Shown here piece by piece: positions 9,082-17,431 of a stretch of DNA of 64,000 nt (position 1 is its first letter; each line of letters opens with the position of its first letter). The notes below the pieces were generated by a model that saw only the letters and a list, made by a program, of their open reading frames with translations, did not search any database and was not told the DNA's origin. The stretch is from a bacterium (GTDB lineage: Bacteria; JAAXHH01), in the NCBI GenBank assembly GCA_965202605.1, contig OZ241838.1, positions 815,817 to 879,816 of the forward strand, in the 5' to 3' direction. The translations under genes were made by a program, and so were the position numbers.

Positions 9082-10362
9082 ATGATGAAGAGGACGGAAC
9101 TGCTCGAACTCATCGCCAATGACGAGAACTCGAGGGTAGAATTCAAACGGGACGACTGCCATCCCGATTCCCTGGCGAAGGAGATGTCCGCCCTGCTGAA
9201 CCTTGAGGGAGGCGTCATTCTGCTGGGCGTGGAGAAGGACCAGCGAATCACGGGACTGACGAGGAGCCGCGAGACGGCGGATGAGTGGGTGATGAACATC
9301 GTTCGTAACAACCTTCAACCGCCGACAATACCGGTATGGACTGCCATAAAGATGGAAGATGGCAGCGTAGTGGGCGTCGTGAAGCTTCCCGCCGACAGTC
9401 CCGGGAAACCTCACAAGGCAGCCAGAGGCGGCGCGTGGGTCACGTTCACGCGCATCGGAAGTACTTCGCGCGAGGCCACCCGGGAGGAGGAAGGCAGACT
9501 CTATCAGGGCGCCCGTCTGGTTCGATACGAGATAAAGCCTGTGCCGGATATGGACCACGAGTGCCTCGACGCAGATCGGATCGAGAACTACTATCGTGAG
9601 GTCCTGAATCGATCCGCGCCGCGTCGCGCCGACGTAGAGAACTGGCTGCGACTTCTGGTCAACTCGGACTTGCTGGTAGCCGCGGGCGGTCGTTTTCTCA
9701 CATCAGTGGCCGGTCTTCTGTTGTTTGGTGAGAACCCGAACCGCCGTCTGCCGCAGGCCGGCGTGACTGCAGCGACGTTCCCGGGCGTGGAGAAGGATTA
9801 CAACATGATTGACGAAGAGCGGATTCGCGGACCGCTGGTCTCGGTTATCTCCAAAAGTGGTGCGGCCGTCGACAAGGGCGTGATCGACCGCACGGTGGAT
9901 TTCGTGAAACGCAATATGGGAAGCGTCGCGTGGCTCGAAGGCGCCCGCCGCCGCAGCAAAGGGGCGTTTCCGCTCGACGCGGTGCGGGAAGCGGTGGTGA
10001 ACGCGGTGGCGCATCGCGACTACGGGCGCGAAGGCACCGACATCGAGGTCTCGTTGTACCGTGACCGGCTCGAAGTCATCTCCCCGGGCCGGTTGCCGAA
10101 CGGGGTCACCGTGGAGAAGATGAAGGAGGGGGTCGTTCGGGTGGCCCGAAACGAATTGCTCAAGGAGATTCTTAGAGACTACCGCTACGTCGAGCACCAG
10201 GGCATGGGGGTCCGCGACAGGATCATCAAATCGATGCGGCGCCACAACGACACGAACCCGGATCTCGTGGAGGAAGACGACCGCTTCATCGTCCGGCTCT
10301 GGAAGGCGCCGCAACAGTTGAAAGCTGCAGGAGAACCCGGTCCGGCACCTGCCCAGGGCTGA
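9082..10362 (+). CDS. ATP-binding protein with Schlafen/AlbA_2-like putative DNA-binding domain and C-terminal HATPase_c_4-like domain (RecG-like 'transcriptional regulator' family)
   Basis: The N-terminus ELLELIANDENSRVEFK...LLNLEGGVILLGV is AlbA_2-like. The C-terminus AVREAVVNAVAHRDY...IEVSLYRDRLEVISPGRLP is HATPase_c_4-like. Confidence 0.7.
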   Translation: MMKRTELLELIANDENSRVEFKRDDCHPDSLAKEMSALLNLEGGVILLGVEKDQRITGLTRSRETADEWVMNIVRNNLQPPTIPVWTAIKMEDGSVVGVVKLPADSPGKPHKAARGGAWVTFTRIGSTSREATREEEGRLYQGARLVRYEIKPVPDMDHECLDADRIENYYREVLNRSAPRRADVENWLRLLVNSDLLVAAGGRFLTSVAGLLLFGENPNRRLPQAGVTAATFPGVEKDYNMIDEERIRGPLVSVISKSGAAVDKGVIDRTVDFVKRNMGSVAWLEGARRRSKGAFPLDAVREAVVNAVAHRDYGREGTDIEVSLYRDRLEVISPGRLPNGVTVEKMKEGVVRVARNELLKEILRDYRYVEHQGMGVRDRIIKSMRRHNDTNPDLVEEDDRFIVRLWKAPQQLKAAGEPGPAPAQG

Positions 10363-10473
10363 CCGGGGCTGCATTACCGATCCGGGAAACCTCCACGGCG
10401 CTGAGTTTAACGGCCTGATCATGACGAACCGTCAAGGTGAAACGCGACAACGCCTCCCAGGCGGAAAGGTCCC

Positions 10474-11883
10474 ATGTCCCGACCACGCCCGAACATCCTG
10501 TTCGTCATGTCCGACGACCACGCGGCGCACGCCATCAGCGCCTATGGCAGCCGTATAAACCAGACGCCTCACATCGACCGTATCGCGGCGGAGGGCATGC
10601 GGTTCGACAACTGCTTCTGCACCAATTCCATCTGCACGCCCAGCCGGGCTGCCATCCTGACGGGCACGTACAACCACGTAAACGGCGTCACCACCCTGTC
10701 CACGCACCTGGACGGCCGGTTGTTGAATTACCCCAGGGTACTGCGGGAACACGGTTACCAGACGGCGGTGATAGGCAAGTGGCATCTCGGCCACGGCGGC
10801 ATCCACGATCCCACGGGATTCGACTACTGGGACGTGCTGCCCGGCCAGGGCCTGTACCACGATCCCGAGATGATCAGGATGGGAGAACGGACGAAACGAA
10901 GCGGGTACGCCACCGATCTCATCACGGACTATTCCCTGGACTGGCTCCGCGGCCGCGACCCGGATCGTCCCTTCTGCCTCATGGTGCATCACAAGGCGCC
11001 GCACCGGTCCTGGGAACCCGACGACAGGCACGCGGACATGTACGAGGACGAGGACATCCCGGAGCCGGAGACCTTCAACGACGACTATTCGAACCGGGCG
11101 CGGGCCGCCACGGCCGCCCGGATGCGGGTTGAAAGCGATCTCAACGCCGAGGATCTGAAGGTACCCGTACCGGAGCACCTGACCCCCGCGGAGGAAAAAA
11201 GCTGGAAGTACCAGCGATATATCAAGGACTATTTGCGGTGCATCGCCTCGATCGATGACAACGTGGGCCGGTTGCTGGACTACGTCGATGAGGAAGGAAT
11301 CGCGGAGGACACGATCGTGATCTACACGTCCGACCAGGGATTCTTCCTCGGCGACCACGGCTGGTACGACAAGCGTTTCATGTACGAAGAGTCCCTGCGC
11401 ATGCCCTTCCTGATCCGCTATCCGGGGGAGGTGGCGCCGGGTACCGTGAACGGCGACATGATCCTGAACGTGGACTTCCCGGCCACCTTCCTGGACTGCG
11501 CTGGCGTGGGCATACCACCGTCATTCCAGGGACGCTCGTTCCTGCCCTTGCTCCAGGGCGAGACCCCGGCCGACTGGCAGACGTCCATGTACTACCGGTA
11601 CTGGATGCACGGCGCCCACCACAATGTCTGCGCCCATTACGGTGTCCGGACCCTGCGGTACAAGCTGATCTACTACTACGGCGATCCGCTCGGCCAGGAA
11701 GGCGCGGTCGGTCCCAACATGCAGCCGGAGTGGGAGCTCTTCGACCTGGAGAAGGATCCCCGCGAGTTGAACAGCGTGTATTCGGATCCCGATTACGCGG
11801 ACGTGGTTGCGGAGTTGAAGGCGGAATTGAAGCGGCTGCAGGACAAGGTGGGGGATGAGGCGTATGGGGGCGAGTCAGGCTGA
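10474..11883 (+). CDS. Sulfatase (formylglycine-dependent; CTPSR active-site motif)
   Basis: Contains LFVMSDDHA and the C-x-P-S-R motif CTPSRAAILTG. The product is 469 aa. Confidence 0.9.
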   Translation: MSRPRPNILFVMSDDHAAHAISAYGSRINQTPHIDRIAAEGMRFDNCFCTNSICTPSRAAILTGTYNHVNGVTTLSTHLDGRLLNYPRVLREHGYQTAVIGKWHLGHGGIHDPTGFDYWDVLPGQGLYHDPEMIRMGERTKRSGYATDLITDYSLDWLRGRDPDRPFCLMVHHKAPHRSWEPDDRHADMYEDEDIPEPETFNDDYSNRARAATAARMRVESDLNAEDLKVPVPEHLTPAEEKSWKYQRYIKDYLRCIASIDDNVGRLLDYVDEEGIAEDTIVIYTSDQGFFLGDHGWYDKRFMYEESLRMPFLIRYPGEVAPGTVNGDMILNVDFPATFLDCAGVGIPPSFQGRSFLPLLQGETPADWQTSMYYRYWMHGAHHNVCAHYGVRTLRYKLIYYYGDPLGQEGAVGPNMQPEWELFDLEKDPRELNSVYSDPDYADVVAELKAELKRLQDKVGDEAYGGESG

Positions 11884-12018
11884 TTCTGAGGAGCATGTGC
11901 CGTCAAGGAAACTCTCGTCAAATCCGACGACAATACGTAGATTTCGAGCCGTTCCCTAGGGTCATGAGTTTATCGAATCGTTGTTCCCCACCGTCTGGTT
12001 GATGAGATTCGACCCAAG

Positions 12019-12047
12019 TTGACACGGAACAGATGTTGTGTTATCTT
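12019..12047 (+). promoter_or_regulatory. Sigma70-like promoter candidate (TTGACA-17-TATCTT) upstream of the DUF433 gene
   Basis: TTGACA lies at 12019-12024, followed by a 17-nt spacer and TATCTT at 12042-12047. Confidence 0.4.
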
Positions 12048-12156
12048 GACCGTCAACTCTCGGACGGTATGCACGTATTCTAATGCAGTCCATGGCCTTC
12101 TAACCGTTGCGCTGTTTCGTCCGTGCGGGACCCAATCAATAAATGAGCGTTTGTTG

Positions 12157-12381
12157 ATGAAGGATGAGGTTATAGATAACGACACGAACGTGCTGGGGGC
12201 GACCCCAGTGTTTTCCGGTACCCGGGTACCGGTACGTATCCTTATCGAGTGTTTGGAAGCGGGGGATCGGCTGGACGATTTTCTCGAAAACCACCCGACA
12301 GTGTCCCGAGACCAGGCAGTAGAGGTTCTTGAACGCGCCAAAAGAGTTCTTGTGGGAACCTCGAATGAAACGGTTGCTTGA
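12157..12381 (+). CDS. DUF433 domain protein (putative antitoxin-like small protein)
   Basis: The 74-aa product GATPVFSGTRVPVRILIECLEAGDRLDDFLENHPTVSRDQ fits the DUF433 pattern. The gene sits in a lower-GC islet. Confidence 0.7.
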   Translation: MKDEVIDNDTNVLGATPVFSGTRVPVRILIECLEAGDRLDDFLENHPTVSRDQAVEVLERAKRVLVGTSNETVA

Positions 12382-12412
12382 CGAGTCCGTGCCGAGGTCA
12401 AGCGGAGATTGA
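12365..12412 (+). pseudogene. Truncated remnant of a DUF5615 (Mut7-C/PIN-like) partner gene of DUF433. Only 15 codons remain.
   Basis: MKRLLDESVPRSSGD* matches the conserved DUF5615 N-terminus (MKLLLDENLPRSL...). It overlaps the DUF433 stop by 17 nt, as in intact pairs. No further similarity appears in any frame before higA. Confidence 0.4.
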
Positions 12413-12499
12413 TTCCCTAAACGATTTGAGATCTGCACAGTTCAGCAGATGGGTGGACGGGCCGTTCCATGGCGAAGTTCCCCTGTAACGTCATAGGAT

Positions 12500-12805
12500 A
12501 TGGTCATGAACGATCCCATAACACCCGGCGAGATCCTGCTTGAGGAGTATCTCGATCCGATGGGCATTTCGCAGAACGCCATGGCGCGTGCGATCGGTGT
12601 AGCACCGCGGGCAATCAACGAGATTGTGCATGGCCGTCGGTCGATTACGCCATCCATGTCGATCCGCTTTGGCGCCTTCTTCAATCAGTCCGACCAGTTC
12701 TGGCATGGAATCCAGGTGGAATGCGACTTCAGGAAGCTCGCCAGGGACAGACCTCGCCTGATCGACGGGATCCAACCCGCTGCGACCTTGAATCAGAATC
12801 CCTGA
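12500..12805 (+). CDS. higA: HigA-family addiction-module antitoxin (XRE-type HTH)
   Basis: [53 protein letters not shown] is a canonical HigA/VapI segment. No HigB-like ORF is adjacent. Confidence 0.85.
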   Translation: MVMNDPITPGEILLEEYLDPMGISQNAMARAIGVAPRAINEIVHGRRSITPSMSIRFGAFFNQSDQFWHGIQVECDFRKLARDRPRLIDGIQPAATLNQNP

Positions 12806-12899
12806 CCCGTGCGCGAAGGCGGATCAGCCCAAACCACAAAAGCCCATCCAGACGTTGACATCTGTCGATGACCTGTTGCATGATCAACCATCCTGAACC

Positions 12900-13961
12900 A
12901 TGCACTCATTCCGCGACAATCGTCTACGCGACCATGAGATACCGCTGAGCACGGTCTGGCTGCTCAACGACATCGCCGAGTCGCGAGGCAAGCAGGCGCT
13001 GCTCGTCCGTCAGTCGCCGCAAGCCCTGAGGTCGCTCCGCGAGACGGCCGTCATTCAGAGCGCCGAATCCTCCAACCGTATCGAGGGGGTGGTGGTCGCC
13101 CGGGATCGCCTTTACCCGCTGGTGCTCGGCCGATCAAAACCCCGCGACCGCTCCGAGCAGGAGGTCCAGGACTATCGCCGCGCCCTTGACGAAATCCATG
13201 CCAACTACGCCGATCTTGCCGTGACCGCTGACACCTTGCAACGTCTGCACACCCTTTGTCAATCCGCCAGCGGCGACGCCGGTCAATTCAAAAGGGTCGA
13301 TAACGATATCATGGAGTTCCCTCCGGGACGGCCCCCGGTGGTACGGTTCCGTTGCGTGAGCGCCGGGGACACCCCGGCGGCCGTGGAAGAACTCTGTCAG
13401 CATTACCGCCATGCCCTCGACCAGGAAAACGTCCCGCCACTCATCGTCGTCGCCGCCCTCGTCCTCGATTTCCTTTGCATCCACCCCTTTCGGGACGGCA
13501 ACGGACGCGTCTCCCGTCTGCTCACCCTGTTGACGCTTTACCAGCACGGTTACGAAGTCGGTCGCTACGTCAGCCTGGAGCGCCTCGTAGAGGAATCCCG
13601 GGAGAGCTACTACGAATCTCTCAGGCTGAGTTCCGATCGTTGGCACGAGGGCCAGCACGAACTGACGCCCTGGTTCAACTTCATTTTCACGATGATCCGT
13701 CGAGCGTACGTGGAGTTGGAGGAACGCGCCGGTCAGGCCGAGGCGCCGCGAGGTGCGAAATCCGAGCGCGTGCTAGCGGCCATTCGCGCCCAGCCGGGCG
13801 AGTTCCGCCTCCGGGACCTGGAACGGGACTGTCCCGGCGTCGGTCGCGAATGGATCCGCACCCTGCTGGCGGAGTTGAAGAAATCCGGCGACGTAACGTG
13901 CCGTGGGCGAGGGCCGGGCGCCCGATGGCGTTTTCTCGGGGATAAAGGCAATGATGCCTGA
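12900..13961 (+). CDS. Fic family protein (class II: N-terminal inhibitory SxxxEG helix plus HPFxDGNGR core)
   Basis: The core motif is HPFRDGNGRVSR. The inhibitory motif is SNRIEG, near the N-terminus. The product is 353 aa. Confidence 0.9.
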   Translation: MHSFRDNRLRDHEIPLSTVWLLNDIAESRGKQALLVRQSPQALRSLRETAVIQSAESSNRIEGVVVARDRLYPLVLGRSKPRDRSEQEVQDYRRALDEIHANYADLAVTADTLQRLHTLCQSASGDAGQFKRVDNDIMEFPPGRPPVVRFRCVSAGDTPAAVEELCQHYRHALDQENVPPLIVVAALVLDFLCIHPFRDGNGRVSRLLTLLTLYQHGYEVGRYVSLERLVEESRESYYESLRLSSDRWHEGQHELTPWFNFIFTMIRRAYVELEERAGQAEAPRGAKSERVLAAIRAQPGEFRLRDLERDCPGVGREWIRTLLAELKKSGDVTCRGRGPGARWRFLGDKGNDA

Positions 13962-14067
13962 GCAGGCCGCGGGACGGCCGATATAGTGAGGCTCAAGGCG
14001 GTTTTCTTGAGAATAGGGGTAGTAACGCTTGAGTAAGAGTAGTAATGAGGGTATTAACGGGTAAACA

Positions 14068-14094
14068 GACCGGGTTTCACCCTGAAACCCGGTC
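14068..14094. terminator. Perfect 12-bp-stem hairpin (GACCGGGTTTCA-ccc-TGAAACCCGGTC) between convergent Fic and radical-SAM genes. Candidate bidirectional terminator, but it lacks a clear U-tract.
   Basis: The inverted repeat spans 14068-14079 and 14083-14094. It is preceded by three AT-rich GTA(G/T)TAA(C/T)G motifs at 14018-14059. Confidence 0.4.
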
Positions 14095-14144
14095 ACCGCC
14101 GTGTGGATGAACCCCCTTTCGCCTCATCCACACTGAAACCCGCC

Positions 14145-15932
14145 TCACCCCTCCGTCGCCAGCTTGCCCCGGGCGGGCTGGAAGTGCACCGCGGCGATGG
14201 CCTCGCGGACCTTGTCCACGTTCTCGGTGAAGAGGATGCCGAGCTGGGTCAGGGTCCGGTCCATCCGCGTATTCTTGTCGTGCACGGGGAAGATGTGCAG
14301 GTCCTGGACCCGGGCCCGCACGTCGTCCACCATCTCGCCGGCCATGACGACCAGGTCCGAGTCCTTGAGCGCGGACAGTTTTTCCTCGCTGAACTCCTCC
14401 ACCCGGATATTCATCTCGTCCAGGAACGTGCGGAGCACCCGGCTCACGTCCACGTTGGAAACGGCCAGGAGGACGCGCTTGTAGCGGTCCGGCGACAGGG
14501 ATACGTTCTCGGCGCGAAGGTCGGCCAGGTATTCGGTGTGCTCCTTGAACCACCGCCGAAGGATGGAGTAGCCGTTCAGGCGGAGCAGGCCATTGCGCAA
14601 TTGCCGCTCGGCCTCTCGCTTGTTGAACCTGGCCGCGTTCCATGCCGCGCTGGCCAGCTTGTAAAGGATGCGGTGCGGCGCGTACATGCCCTTCATGCCT
14701 TCCATCACCGTGTTGACCAGTTCGTAGCGGGTCATGTTCGGTACGGGGTGGTTGGCGTGGTGGCCGTCGTAATGGCTCCAGTCGCGGCTCAGGTACTCCC
14801 CGCCCTGCAGATCGTAGCGGATGGTGTCTTCGGAACCGGGCAGGTAGGTCAGGATCATGCACTGCGACGTCGCCAGGTCCTTCTTCTTGGCGAATTCGAA
14901 CTGGTGCTTGATGGTCTCCGGATGGTCCGAGTCGGCGCCGGCGATGAACATGGCGTGGAGATCGATGCCGTGGCCATGGATCGCGTCGATGGCCCGTTCC
15001 ACGTCGTGGGCCGTCTCTTTCTTGCCGTACAGCTCAAGGGCCGTTTCGTCGATGGATTCGAAACCGACCATCACGCGGTCGCACCCGGCTTCCCGCATCT
15101 TCTTCATGAGCGCCGGCTGCTTGGAGATCTCGTGGCGCATCTGCGCCGCCCAGGGAATGGTCAGCCTGCGGTCGATCATGCCCTGCATGATGGCCATGGT
15201 GCGGTCGACCGGGACGTTGAAGATATCGTCGGCAAAGAAAAGATAGTTGAAATCCGGTATCTTGGTATAGGCTTCCAGCATGTCGAGCACACGCTCGACC
15301 GAGTGTCCCCGCAGCTTGTGGCCGTTCAGCTTGGTCACCGTACAGAAGCTGCAGTCCCACGGACAGCCCCTTTGCGTCTGTATCGACATGATGTCCATCT
15401 TGCCCCGGGGTACGAGGGCGAAGTCGGGAATGGGCAGCACGTCCAGGTCTTCCGCCTTGGGCCGCTCCGGATTGTGAATCGCCTGGCCGTCTTCCATCCA
15501 GGACAGGTTGGCGATTCCGCGGTAATCGGCGCCGGATTCCAGGCAACGGACCAGCTCCACCAGCGCCTCTTCGCCCTCGCCGCGCACCACGAAATCACAG
15601 TGCTGAAGGGCTTCGTCAGGCACGAAGGTCGGATGCGTCCCGCCCATCACGATCGTCTTTTCGGGGTAGACGTTCCGGATGAAATCGGCGTACTGATAGG
15701 AACCGGGCGCTGTCGACGTCAGGGAGGAGATGCAGATCAGGTCGGCTTCCCCGAACTCGTTCGTATCGATATCCTCCACCTCTTCCAGCATCACTCTGAC
15801 GCCGTAACCCAGATTCCGCATGATCGTCGCGAGCACCAGGCAGCCGATGCGCGGTATATAGGCGTCCGAATACACATGGAGATGGGAGGACTTCGGTTCG
15901 AGAAAGAGGATGTGCTTGATACTGTTTCGCAT
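14145..15932 (-). CDS. B12-binding-domain radical SAM protein
   Basis: The N-terminal part is a cobalamin-binding Rossmann domain. CPWDCSFC is the CxxxCxxC radical-SAM cluster motif. The product is 595 aa. Confidence 0.9.
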   Translation of the reverse strand: MRNSIKHILFLEPKSSHLHVYSDAYIPRIGCLVLATIMRNLGYGVRVMLEEVEDIDTNEFGEADLICISSLTSTAPGSYQYADFIRNVYPEKTIVMGGTHPTFVPDEALQHCDFVVRGEGEEALVELVRCLESGADYRGIANLSWMEDGQAIHNPERPKAEDLDVLPIPDFALVPRGKMDIMSIQTQRGCPWDCSFCTVTKLNGHKLRGHSVERVLDMLEAYTKIPDFNYLFFADDIFNVPVDRTMAIMQGMIDRRLTIPWAAQMRHEISKQPALMKKMREAGCDRVMVGFESIDETALELYGKKETAHDVERAIDAIHGHGIDLHAMFIAGADSDHPETIKHQFEFAKKKDLATSQCMILTYLPGSEDTIRYDLQGGEYLSRDWSHYDGHHANHPVPNMTRYELVNTVMEGMKGMYAPHRILYKLASAAWNAARFNKREAERQLRNGLLRLNGYSILRRWFKEHTEYLADLRAENVSLSPDRYKRVLLAVSNVDVSRVLRTFLDEMNIRVEEFSEEKLSALKDSDLVVMAGEMVDDVRARVQDLHIFPVHDKNTRMDRTLTQLGILFTENVDKVREAIAAVHFQPARGKLATEG

Positions 15933-15978
15933 TGCTTGCTCCTGTAGAAACCGTCCGGAACAGCACCGTCGGCGTTGT

Positions 15979-17115
15979 CTACTGCATGGATGCTATGAAC
16001 CGATCGAACAGGTAATCGGCGTCGTGCGGCCCCGGTGACGCTTCGGGATGGTACTGTACCGAAAACACGGGATACCGGCGGTGTCTGAGCCCTTCGAGCG
16101 TCCGGTCGTTCAGATTGATGTGGGTCAACTCCACCTCGGATTCGTCGAGGGTGGACGCGTCGATGGCGAATCCGTGATTCTGGGCGGTGATTTCCACCCG
16201 TCCCGATTCGCACTGTCTTACGGGCTGGTTGGCGCCTCGGTGTCCGAACTTCAGCTTGAACCGCTCTCCGCCCAGCGCCATGCCGAGTAGCTGGTGACCG
16301 ATACAGATGCCGAATATGGGTTTCTGCTCGACCAGGACTTTCAACTCTTCAATGGCATAATGAACGGCCCCGGGATCGCCCGGTCCGTTGGACAACATGA
16401 TGCCGTCGGGATTCAGCCGCAACACCTGTTCGGCCGTGTAGTCCGCCGGCAGCACGAGCACCCGGCAGCCCCGGCGCGCCAGGTTGCGCAGGATGTTGTG
16501 CTTTACTCCGTAATCCATGACGACGACCCGAAACGTCCCGGGCTCGTCGAAGTCATCCCAGACCTTCTCCGGATCGTCGCCGGGAGGATCCACGTGGATA
16601 CGGTGGTCTCCCTCCCAGCGGTATGGCCGGTCCGTGGTCACCTCGCGGACCAGGTCCATGCCTGTCATCCTCGGCACGGCCTTTGCCTGTTCCACGAGTC
16701 CATCGGGGTCCGTCGCGCCGGATCGTATCACGCCGCGCATGACGCCGTCGACGCGAAGCCGGCGGGTCAGTGCCCGGGTATCTATACCGGAAATGCCCAC
16801 TACGCCATGATCGGCCAGGAAGCGGTCGAGACTGCCGGTCGAACGCCAGTTGCTCGGATTTCGCTGGTATTCCCGGACCACGAATCCTTCCACGTGCGGA
16901 CGGAGCGATTCCAGATCGCCGGGATTCACGCCGTAATTCCCGATCAACGGGTAGGTCATGGTGACGATCTGACCTTTATACGACGGGTCGGTCAATACCT
17001 CCTGGTATCCGATCATGCTGGTGTTGAAAACGACTTCTCCCACCTTTTCCCCTGCAGCGCCGAAGGATTCGCCTTCGTAGACTGTGCCGTCTTCCAGGGC
17101 CAGCCATGCCTCCAT
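15979..17115 (-). CDS. carA: Carbamoyl-phosphate synthase small (glutaminase) subunit
   Basis: CarA signatures (TSMIGYQE, GICIGHQLL, HPEA) are present over the full 378-aa length. Confidence 0.95.
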   Translation of the reverse strand: MEAWLALEDGTVYEGESFGAAGEKVGEVVFNTSMIGYQEVLTDPSYKGQIVTMTYPLIGNYGVNPGDLESLRPHVEGFVVREYQRNPSNWRSTGSLDRFLADHGVVGISGIDTRALTRRLRVDGVMRGVIRSGATDPDGLVEQAKAVPRMTGMDLVREVTTDRPYRWEGDHRIHVDPPGDDPEKVWDDFDEPGTFRVVVMDYGVKHNILRNLARRGCRVLVLPADYTAEQVLRLNPDGIMLSNGPGDPGAVHYAIEELKVLVEQKPIFGICIGHQLLGMALGGERFKLKFGHRGANQPVRQCESGRVEITAQNHGFAIDASTLDESEVELTHINLNDRTLEGLRHRRYPVFSVQYHPEASPGPHDADYLFDRFIASMQ

Positions 17116-17165
17116 AAACGCTCCTTCAAGGGGATACCGGTGGGCTTCGTCCGTATATTAGGGTT

Positions 17166-17194
17166 ACGATACCCTTAGCCGCCCGGTGTGTCAA
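17166..17194 (-). promoter_or_regulatory. Sigma70-like promoter candidate for carA (TTGACA-17-TATCGT on the minus strand)
   Basis: The reverse complement of 17189-17194 is TTGACA. After a 17-nt spacer, the reverse complement of 17166-17171 is TATCGT. This lies about 50 nt upstream of the carA start. Confidence 0.35.
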
Positions 17195-17202
17195 GGAAAA
17201 TC

Positions 17203-17272
17203 GCCCCGGCGTGCACCTGCCGGCCGCCCCGGCACGCGCCCCGGCATGCACCTGCTGGCCGCCCCGGCGCGC
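17203..17272. repeat. 35-bp tandem direct repeat (2 copies, 3 mismatches) in the carA / BatA-like divergent intergenic region
   Basis: gccccggcgtgcacctgccggccgccccggcacgc is followed by gccccggcatgcacctgctggccgccccggcgcgc. Confidence 0.8.
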
Positions 17273-17431
17273 ACCCCGGCGTAAGCCGGTCGCACAACGG
17301 GAAAATCGTCCCCGCGCGCTCTGGCCGCAACGCCCGGGTATCCGTCCGCGCAGGCCCCGTCTGACCGCTGATATCGCTTTACGCGCGGCAATACTGCTGG
17401 TATATTACTAAGCCGCCTGGGGGGAATCCGA

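Noticed and set aside
12412-12500. HigB toxin remnant upstream of higA
   Set aside because: None of the three forward frames in the 88-nt gap gives a RelE/HigB-like peptide (no ...DYH-type C-terminus). HigA is treated as an orphan.
14103-15947. 614-aa ORF on the plus strand, fully antisense to the radical SAM gene
   Set aside because: It has no recognisable motifs and a composition typical of GC-rich antisense frames. The minus-strand gene has clear B12-binding and CxxxCxxC radical-SAM signatures.
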